DNA from: a virus | DNA: 21,656 nucleotides | UHGV virus genome: UHGV-0374425 | Strand: one strand, 5' to 3' | Part shown: piece after piece, positions 1-5,889 of the stretch | How positions within the stretch are numbered: position 1 is the first letter of the stretch | Layout: each line of letters starts with the position of its first letter | Translations under genes and position numbers: made by a program | Notes under the pieces: generated by a model | What the model was told of the DNA's origin: nothing | Database searches by the model: none | Seen by the model: the letters and a program-made list of their open reading frames with translations, nothing else

Positions 1-1
1 A

Positions 2-139
2 GCCGGTGGTTTTTCTGCCACCACGATGCTGTTTTCACTGGGTGCCAGCATGATTCTGGGCGGTGTGGCCCAGATGCTGGCCCCGAAGGCAAAAACACCG
101 GATTACCGCGCAACGGATAACGGCAGACAGAACACGTAC
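2..139 (+). pseudogene. I: Inverted internal fragment of tail assembly protein I (about 46 codons) encoded on the opposite strand from the rest of I
   Basis: Plus-strand translation from nt 2 gives AGGFSATTMLFSLGASMILGGVAQMLAPKAKTPDYRATDNGRQNTYL, matching the middle of lambda gpI as recalled; similarity stops at about nt 139. Confidence 0.55.
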
Positions 140-146
140 TTGCTGA

Positions 147-524
147 ACCCCATAACGCCATCGTGGCTCCGGCCGTGAAGAACGACCCCACGATGGCCGC
201 CGCCCCCAGCACAATCTGCAGTCCGCCCTTTCCGGCACCGGCCAGTCGCGGCACAATGTGGATGACCGTTCCCTCACCCAGCTGTTCGTGAAGGCGGGCA
301 TACACCGCCTCCGGTGCCGTGTCCTCACCGGCAATACGTATCTGGTACCAGCCTTCGTTCATCTGACGGCGAAAGCCCGGCACCTGCATCGACAGTGCGC
401 GGATGGCTTCCGCTGCCGTGTTCACATACAGGCTGAGGCGGCGGCCAAATCGTTGTAAATCCCCGTGAAGGCAGATGCGTGCCAGTGGCGGTGACGCCAG
501 ACTGAATGCGTTCGTCGTTGCCAT
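147..524 (-). CDS. I: Tail assembly protein I, N-terminal 126 codons (lambda gpI-like); truncated at an inversion junction near nt 140-146
   Basis: Minus-strand ATG at 524 with GAGG upstream; translation MATTNAFSLASPPLARICLHGDLQRFGRR...GSFFTAGATMALWG matches lambda gpI N-terminus; overlaps the 3' end of K by about 100 nt as recalled for lambda. Frame not in ORF track; nt 1-146 continues without a stop. Confidence 0.65.
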
Positions 525-1159
525 TTTTCGGAATACCTCTCCCGTTTACTCAGTTGTTCAGGCAGATGGTGAAGCAGTTCACCGTTGCCGCAGTAAATGG
601 CGGCATGGTTGGCCACCGATGCGCCAAAGCAGCACAGCAGAATATCGCCCGCCTGTGCAGAGGACAGGGGCACCCGGTAAAAGCCCGTGGCCTCCATATT
701 GTCCAGGTACAGGTTCTGGCCGTTGCGCCACCACTCATCCTCGCGGTGAAAATCCGGCATTTCAGTCCCCGCCAGATGGTATGCATCCCGGAACAGCGTG
801 TAACAGTCCGTCACCCCGTGCGCAAAGCGCCGTCCGGTCAGGTGCGGAACGCAGCGGAATTTGTGAATGTCACCCCGGCAGACCAGCCACCAGGGCAGGG
901 CACTTTTTATCTGCAGTCGCCGGTCTGCCTCACTCAGCCAGGGCAGACCACCGGGATGACTGTGGACCAGCGCCACAATCTCACCCTGCATCTCCGCCCG
1001 CAGCCAGTCTTCCGGGGCAATACGAAAATACGCCTCCGGCGCTGCGGAGATATTCACACAGGGCAGGTACCGCTCGCCCTCCGTCGTGGTTATCACGAAG
1101 CCGCACGACTCCGCAGGCGCACACCGCCGGGCATGCGCCAATATATTGCTATAGAGCAT
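422..1159 (-). CDS. K: Tail assembly protein K (JAB/MPN metalloprotease-like plus NlpC/P60 domains)
   Basis: 245 aa ORF with HSHP (JAMM-like) motif N-terminally and a Cys...His NlpC/P60-like region (DCYTLF ... NHAAIY); sits between L and I; CAGGAG 6 nt upstream of ATG. Confidence 0.9.
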   Translation of the reverse strand: MLYSNILAHARRCAPAESCGFVITTTEGERYLPCVNISAAPEAYFRIAPEDWLRAEMQGEIVALVHSHPGGLPWLSEADRRLQIKSALPWWLVCRGDIHKFRCVPHLTGRRFAHGVTDCYTLFRDAYHLAGTEMPDFHREDEWWRNGQNLYLDNMEATGFYRVPLSSAQAGDILLCCFGASVANHAAIYCGNGELLHHLPEQLSKRERYSEKWQRRTHSVWRHRHWHASAFTGIYNDLAAASACM

Positions 1160-1172
1160 GAGAACTCCTGAT

Positions 1173-1200
1173 AAAAAACCCAGCCGAAGCTGGGTTTGTT
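1173..1200 (-). terminator. Stem-loop (CCCAGC-ttcg-GCTGGG) plus T-run immediately upstream of the K ribosome-binding site; terminates arc-ant transcription or is a late-operon linker hairpin
   Basis: Minus strand reads CCCAGCTTCGGCTGGGTTTTTTATCAGGAGTTCTCATG; an A-run on the other side makes it potentially bidirectional. Confidence 0.6.
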
Positions 1201-1213
1201 AAGTTGTCAATTG

Positions 1214-2128
1214 TCAGTAGCGATGCAGTGAAGGCGGCAACTCTTTGTTCTTAAGCCTTTCCCATGCCAGAAGGTTCGTCGGCCCGTCAGGCTCATAAAT
1301 ATCTATATCCCGCGTGTGATTAATTAAAACGCCCCTCGCCCTCCCGATGGTATACGAGAACTCATAGCCGTAGTCGTGGCATATGCCGGAATAGCCAGAC
1401 TGAATCAGTTTTAATGCGGGATACAACTCACGGAACAATGCCTGTGAGCGGTTAGCATAATCCCATAGCCATACAAGGCTGTCTGTTTCTTTTGCGGAAA
1501 GCTCGTTGGTGCTCTTCTCTTGTTTGCCGATTAACTCTCCTTCAAGCGGAACGCGAGCAGCAAGTGACAGAGCTTCGGTAAACTGCTCCTCGCTGATTTC
1601 TTTGTACGAACATCCAAAATGTGATTTCAGTGACGACCACATGGTGATCATCGCCTTCGCCTGTTTTTCCTTTGGCAGAGACTGACCGCGACTCATGACG
1701 AGTTGTTTAATGGCTTCCTGCTGTTCAGTAGTGATTTTCCCCGGCAACGCCTTTTTAGCTTTCAGTGTATTTCCGTAAGACCCCGTTTTACGAATGGATG
1801 GCAAAACTTCAGCTGTCACCCATTTGCGGAATTTGTGCGGGACTGAACCTTTATTGACGGCATCGCGGCAACGCAGAACCAATGTATACATACCTGATTC
1901 GCTCACAATGCTTAAATTCTGCTCACCACCAAGGGTGTAACTTAAAGTTACTCCCTTTTCATCGTCATCAAGTGCAGTAAGCGCCTTGCGTGAGTTAGTC
2001 AGATTTAAAGCATCACAAACATCTTTTGCTACAAACCACGGCTCACCGCACTTGTTGATGACGCGGATTTCACTGTCGCCGAATTTGAAGATGGTGAAAT
2101 CGTTTTGTGCCTTTGCTATACTTTTCAT
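1214..2128 (-). CDS. ant: Antirepressor Ant (P22 Ant-like, BRO-N type N-terminal domain)
   Basis: 304 aa; N-terminal [16 protein letters not shown]...LDDDEKG...GGEQ...IVSESGMY...[15 protein letters not shown] closely parallels P22 Ant as recalled; AGGAAA RBS; follows the arc-like gene. Confidence 0.85.
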   Translation of the reverse strand: MKSIAKAQNDFTIFKFGDSEIRVINKCGEPWFVAKDVCDALNLTNSRKALTALDDDEKGVTLSYTLGGEQNLSIVSESGMYTLVLRCRDAVNKGSVPHKFRKWVTAEVLPSIRKTGSYGNTLKAKKALPGKITTEQQEAIKQLVMSRGQSLPKEKQAKAMITMWSSLKSHFGCSYKEISEEQFTEALSLAARVPLEGELIGKQEKSTNELSAKETDSLVWLWDYANRSQALFRELYPALKLIQSGYSGICHDYGYEFSYTIGRARGVLINHTRDIDIYEPDGPTNLLAWERLKNKELPPSLHRY

Positions 2129-2200
2129 GTCAATATTTCCTAATCCGATTTGTTGATACCGAAGCCCTGACTGTTACAGCAGTTGGGGCTTCAACTTTTT
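2129..2200 (+). ncRNA. sar: Candidate sar-like antisense RNA covering the ant ribosome-binding site
   Basis: Plus-strand hairpin GAAGCCC(2161-2167)/GGGCTTC(2186-2192) followed by AACTTTTTAGG in the arc-ant intergenic region, antisense to the ant RBS; possible -10 TATACT at 2117-2122. Matches the position of P22 sar. Confidence 0.4.
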
Positions 2201-2331
2201 AGGCTGCGAATAAGACGCTGCACTATTTCTGAATTTAAAGACCTGCCCTCCTCCTTAGCCTTTTCCTTCAATTTTTCTTTAATCTCTGGCGGGATACGAA
2301 TCCCTAATGGAGCGATATCTCTAACTTTCAT
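2191..2331 (-). CDS. arc: Arc-like ribbon-helix-helix repressor (46 aa)
   Basis: MKVRDIAPLGIRIPPEIKEKLKEKAKEEGRSLNSEIVQRLIRSLKS: strand-helix-helix pattern with GRS.NSEI motif as in Arc/Mnt/CopG; directly upstream of ant. The 87 aa version in the ORF track would run across the operator region and the mnt start, so the internal ATG at 2331 is preferred. Confidence 0.7.
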   Translation of the reverse strand: MKVRDIAPLGIRIPPEIKEKLKEKAKEEGRSLNSEIVQRLIRSLKS

Positions 2332-2345
2332 TTCTTTCCCAATTG

Positions 2346-2430
2346 CTACACCGTGATAACTAAATACTACACCGTGCTTATTTAAAGTCAAAGTTTTTTT
2401 GCCTACACTGTGTAGCAATGCTACAGCGTG
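2346..2430. promoter_or_regulatory. Divergent promoter/operator region with four copies of a CTACAC(C/T/G)GTG motif, one extended to the palindrome CTACACTGTGTAG
   Basis: Motif at 2346-2355, 2367-2376, 2403-2412 (palindrome 2403-2415) and 2421-2430. Candidate -35 TTGACT / -10 TAGTAT on the minus strand for arc-ant; candidate TTTAAA / TACACT on the plus strand for mnt. Confidence 0.55.
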
Positions 2431-2441
2431 CAGGAGGAAAA

Positions 2442-2690
2442 ATGAAAGGTGCAAGAGATATCAGTCCCTTGGGAATTAGGATTCCAGACTATTTAAAGAA
2501 ACGCATTCAGCAGGAAGCGGATAAAAACGGCAGATCAATGAACTCAGAGATTGTGCTTATCCTTCAAAAACATGTTGATAATCTTGATGGCCCTCGCTCA
2601 CTTGAAGGATTCGCTAACCAAGAAGCTGACAAATTCAAAGAGGCGCTGCTTGAGACGCTAAAGACCATGTATGGTAAGGATGAAAAATAA
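2442..2690 (+). CDS. mnt: Mnt-like ribbon-helix-helix repressor (82 aa)
   Basis: MKGARDISPLGIRIPDYLKKRIQQEADKNGRSMNSEIVLILQ...: same length and RHH pattern as P22 Mnt, with C-terminal extension; strong RBS CAGGAGG at 2431-2437; the upstream ATG at 2418 lacks an RBS. Confidence 0.75.
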   Translation: MKGARDISPLGIRIPDYLKKRIQQEADKNGRSMNSEIVLILQKHVDNLDGPRSLEGFANQEADKFKEALLETLKTMYGKDEK

Positions 2691-3226
2691 TGCTGCACAC
2701 AATTCATTTCTTATGCCCCGTTAACACTGCCACTGTTGGGCAACTTCAGAACCACTGTCTCACCGCATTATCTCAAGGCGCAACTGAATTAAATATCCAT
2801 ATATCAAGTCAGGGAGGGGAAACTGCCGCTGGCTTTACTGCGTATAACTTTCTTAAGTCACTCCCTGTTACCGTTAGAACTCACAACATAAGCAATGTTG
2901 AATCCATAGCTAATATCGTTTTCCTGGCTGGCTCAGAACGTTTCGCAAACCCATTATCAAGATTCCTGTTACATCCTCTATTATGGGTCTTTGCCACCCC
3001 AGCCGCCGACCATGCCAGATTGAGAGAGTACGGGAAATGCCTCGATAACGATCTTGATCGCTTCGTTGAGACGTTCAATATCGACATCGGAACCCATATT
3101 AGGTGGGCATCCCTGATAGCAGACTCGACCATTTTGGATGCTAACAAGGCTCTTGAGCATGGCATAATTAATTCCATAAAAACTGCAAGGCTGGCATCCA
3201 ATCAGGCAAACTGGTGGGTTGTTTGA
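2690..3226 (+). CDS. ClpP-family (S14-like) serine peptidase homolog, translationally coupled to mnt
   Basis: 178 aa; NIHISSQGGETAAGFTAYNFLKSLPVTVRTHNISNVESIANIVFLAGSERFANPLSRFLLHP aligns by eye with ClpP [62 protein letters not shown]; candidate Ser, His and Asp at ClpP-equivalent positions; start ATG overlaps the mnt stop (TAATG). Confidence 0.6.
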   Translation: MLHTIHFLCPVNTATVGQLQNHCLTALSQGATELNIHISSQGGETAAGFTAYNFLKSLPVTVRTHNISNVESIANIVFLAGSERFANPLSRFLLHPLLWVFATPAADHARLREYGKCLDNDLDRFVETFNIDIGTHIRWASLIADSTILDANKALEHGIINSIKTARLASNQANWWVV

Positions 3227-3251
3227 TGGGTAAATCATGATTACTCCTTAT

Positions 3252-3273
3252 AAAAAACCCACCTGACGGTGGG
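3252..3273 (-). terminator. Rho-independent terminator-like hairpin downstream of L
   Basis: Minus strand reads CCCACCGTCAGGTGGGTTTTTTAT directly after the L stop. Confidence 0.6.
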
Positions 3274-3282
3274 CATAATCCA

Positions 3283-3981
3283 TTACTGCGAAAGTTTATT
3301 AATGGAAAGGAAACCGCCAAAATTGCCGACATTCCTGCGCAGTTCACACCCGCGCATGCACTTGCTGCATCTGTCCTTACGGATATCCGTGGTGGGTTTA
3401 TCGAACTCATCCGCCACAGCCCCGCCCGTGTAACCACACTCATCAGAGCGGTAAGTCCACATACAGGTATTCGCCAGCATAATGCGACCGGGAAACAGCG
3501 CACCGTCCGTCTCCGTCGGTGTCGCCAGCACAAACGAGGCCGTCATGGCCGTCAGCGCTGATAACTGCTCCACCACCCACCGGTCCGTCAGCTCCTGCTC
3601 CGGGTCTGCCTCCGGATTCCCCGCCACAAAGTTCACCGCATCAAGAAAACGCGCATACACCCGGCGGCGGACCACCGTGGCACCCACCAGGCTCTGCAAA
3701 TCCTCCGCCATCCCGGTGACAAGGCCGAAAAGATTGGACACCGTCAGCGACGGGCGGGCACTGCTGCCCTTTCCGTTCATCTCAAAGCCGCTGCCCTCAA
3801 TCGGGTACGCCTGATATTCACGCCCCTGCCAGGTCACCGGCTCCCCTTTTTCATTCAGCTCATTACAGAAAAAATACCGCTCACCACCCTGCACCGTCAG
3901 GTCAATTTCCCAGAGTACCACCCGCGGTGACTGCTCTGATTTAACCGACTCATTCAGGCTTTCTTCGTTGATCTCCTGCAT
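3283..3981 (-). CDS. L: Minor tail protein L
   Basis: Translation ...VVLWEIDLT..GGERYFFCNE.NEKGEPVTWQGR.YQ.YPI.GSGFE.NGKG...GNFGGFLSINKLSQ parallels lambda gpL along its length; start placed at the ATG of MQEINEESL (3981), preceded by GGTGGA, rather than the upstream ATG of the track ORF. Confidence 0.9.
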   Translation of the reverse strand: MQEINEESLNESVKSEQSPRVVLWEIDLTVQGGERYFFCNELNEKGEPVTWQGREYQAYPIEGSGFEMNGKGSSARPSLTVSNLFGLVTGMAEDLQSLVGATVVRRRVYARFLDAVNFVAGNPEADPEQELTDRWVVEQLSALTAMTASFVLATPTETDGALFPGRIMLANTCMWTYRSDECGYTGGAVADEFDKPTTDIRKDRCSKCMRGCELRRNVGNFGGFLSINKLSQ

Positions 3982-3993
3982 AAACATCCACCC

Positions 3994-4020
3994 ATAAAAA
4001 AAGGGGCGCAATGCGCCCCT
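3994..4020 (-). terminator. Strong rho-independent terminator (GGGGCGCA/TGCGCCCC stem plus T7) ending the porin transcription unit, immediately upstream of the L start
   Basis: Minus strand reads AGGGGCGCATTGCGCCCCTTTTTTTATGGGTGGATGTTTATG. Confidence 0.7.
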
Positions 4021-4177
4021 GATAAAATAGTTCAATTAAAAAATCAAAAACGATGAAGGTAATAAAATGAAAATTAAATCAGCTAATAGCTGATCGCAGT
4101 GACCAGTGGAAATATAACTTCCACTGATACAGGCCATCTGTGAGGGCAGATGGCCTGTATTTATTTACCAGTAATCA

Positions 4178-5341
4178 TCAGAACTGATAAGTCATACCAA
4201 CAGCAACGATATCATCCGTTGCAATGCCCGCATCCCTGGTAAACTTATTCTCATCAACCAGATTGATTTTATAATCAACATAGGTGGACATATTTTTATT
4301 GAAGTAATATTTCGCACCTACGTCAACATACTTAACCAAATCCTGGTCACCATAGTTTTTACCACCTACAATGACATCCTGAGCACGAGACTGCAGGAAT
4401 GCCAGAGATGGACGCAGACCGAAATCAAACTGATACTGCAGTACCGCTTCAAAGTTTTGCGCTTTATCTGCAACTCCTTTATCACCAAAGGTCGTCAGAT
4501 TCTGAGTTTCGGAATATGTTGTAGCCAGGTAAAGGTTGTCAGCATCGTATTTTAGTCCGACTCCCCACATCTCAGCGTGTTTACCTTTTGCAACACTACC
4601 GGAATCAACAACGATCTGCTTTTCAGTCACTTTACCGGTTAAAGGATCAGTTTGTTCAATCGTCAGAGTACCATTCAGACCTTTTTCCTGATTATTGGTT
4701 CGGTCCGCATTAATATATGCGGCAACGATACCAAAACCTTCATATTCATAACTGGCTGAGAAACCGTGACCATCACCATTAGCTTCCCGGAGATCACCCC
4801 GATCATTTTTACCCTGGTACTGTGCCGCAAAATTCAGGCCATCGACAAGCCCAAAGAAATCTGTATTACGATAGGTTAATACCCCGGAAGTACGGGCTGT
4901 CATGAAGTTATCGGTCTGGGTCCAGCCATCACCGCCAAACTCTGGTAATACGTCAGTATAAGAACCAACATCGTACGCAATACCATAGTTACGACCATAA
5001 TCAATGGTGCCAAACTCACCAAACTTCAGACCTGCAAATGCAAGACGGGTTTTATTACCCGCAGCACCCTCTGATTCAGCTTTATTACCAGAGAACTGAT
5101 ATTCCCACTGACCAAAACCAGTCAACTGGTCATTAATCTGAGTTTCACCTTTAAAGCCCAGACGTGCGTATGTCTTATCTCCATCATCCCCCTTATCACT
5201 GGAGAAATAATGGAGTGCAGTTGCACGCCCATACACATCAAGTTTATTGCCATCTTTATTGTATACTTCTGCAGCCTGCGCCCCCGCTGCAAAAATTACA
5301 GCTGCTGCCACAGCTGAAAGTGCCACTGTCATTTTTTTCAT
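4178..5341 (-). CDS. OmpC/OmpF/NmpC-family general porin (prophage moron) with signal peptide
   Basis: 387 aa; signal peptide ending [51 protein letters not shown] and C-terminal ...YVDYKINL...GMTYQF match E. coli OmpC as recalled; AT-rich upstream region; hairpins downstream. Confidence 0.9.
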   Translation of the reverse strand: MKKMTVALSAVAAAVIFAAGAQAAEVYNKDGNKLDVYGRATALHYFSSDKGDDGDKTYARLGFKGETQINDQLTGFGQWEYQFSGNKAESEGAAGNKTRLAFAGLKFGEFGTIDYGRNYGIAYDVGSYTDVLPEFGGDGWTQTDNFMTARTSGVLTYRNTDFFGLVDGLNFAAQYQGKNDRGDLREANGDGHGFSASYEYEGFGIVAAYINADRTNNQEKGLNGTLTIEQTDPLTGKVTEKQIVVDSGSVAKGKHAEMWGVGLKYDADNLYLATTYSETQNLTTFGDKGVADKAQNFEAVLQYQFDFGLRPSLAFLQSRAQDVIVGGKNYGDQDLVKYVDVGAKYYFNKNMSTYVDYKINLVDENKFTRDAGIATDDIVAVGMTYQF

Positions 5342-5439
5342 GATTTAATCCTTATTTAAACTGAACTATTCATGCATAGAGATGTCATGAACAAAACTCA
5401 AAATATTGTAAATTAAATTACGGGTTCAATTTTTATTTT

Positions 5440-5454
5440 GTTTCAAAATGTAAA
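5440..5454 (-). promoter_or_regulatory. OmpR-box-like sequence TTTACATTTTGAAAC in the porin upstream region
   Basis: Minus-strand TTTACATTTTGAAAC matches the core of E. coli ompC OmpR sites as recalled; lies about 100 nt upstream of the porin ATG in an AT-rich region (5342-5547). Confidence 0.45.
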
Positions 5455-5547
5455 AAAACAACTTTGATAGCACTTTATGTCAAGACAAAACAAAAATAAC
5501 AAGCAAGCAAATTAATAAACGATGCTTTTAGGTTTTTTCTCAAAAAC

Positions 5548-5889
5548 TTATCTTATTACCTGTTCCATCATACAACTGAAATCGCTGTACCTGGCGTTAT
5601 CCGTAATACTCCACTCCCGGCACACCACCCTGACCGTCCGGTTATGTTTCGGGGGTTTCCACAAAAAGGCACGGTAACCACCATGCCACGATAAAAATTC
5701 ATCCAGCCAGCGCCGGGTCGCCTCATCCGTCACCCGGAACACTGCCTGAAATGTCTTCAGTCGGGCATTCAGTCCCGTCGGTCGGCGCTGTTCATAACCG
5801 TCACCAAACCGGACCCTCACCACCGACGGTTTCTCACTCACCTGCATCCCTTCACGCGGGACCAGATGCAGCGTTTTTATCTCAGCCAC
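5548..5889 (-). CDS. M: Minor tail protein M
   Basis: 113 aa; VRFGDGYEQR...GLNA.LKT...FLWKPP pattern matches lambda gpM; GTG start overlaps the end of H. Confidence 0.8.
   Translation of the reverse strand: MAEIKTLHLVPREGMQVSEKPSVVRVRFGDGYEQRRPTGLNARLKTFQAVFRVTDEATRRWLDEFLSWHGGYRAFLWKPPKHNRTVRVVCREWSITDNARYSDFSCMMEQVIR

Noticed and set aside
475-1171. Plus-strand ORFs of 228 and 221 aa antisense to K
   Set aside because: Arg/Pro/Ala-rich translations typical of antisense frames in GC-rich coding DNA; the minus-strand K reading has clear domain motifs.
2418-2441. Upstream ATG at 2418 for the mnt-like gene
   Set aside because: No Shine-Dalgarno upstream of it; the strong CAGGAGG sits between 2418 and the ATG at 2442, which gives an 82-aa product of Mnt length.
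2191-2454. 87-aa long form of the arc-like ORF in the six-frame track
   Set aside because: The N-terminal extension would be translated across the operator array and the mnt start region; the internal ATG at 2331 gives a 46-aa protein of typical Arc size.
2981-3238. 85-aa minus-strand ORF with a perfect AAGGAG-N7-ATG initiation region, antisense to the ClpP-like gene
   Set aside because: Cys-rich low-complexity translation with no family features, while the plus-strand ClpP-like reading has coherent domain features. The initiation region is better explained as a duplicated copy of the L-K linker.
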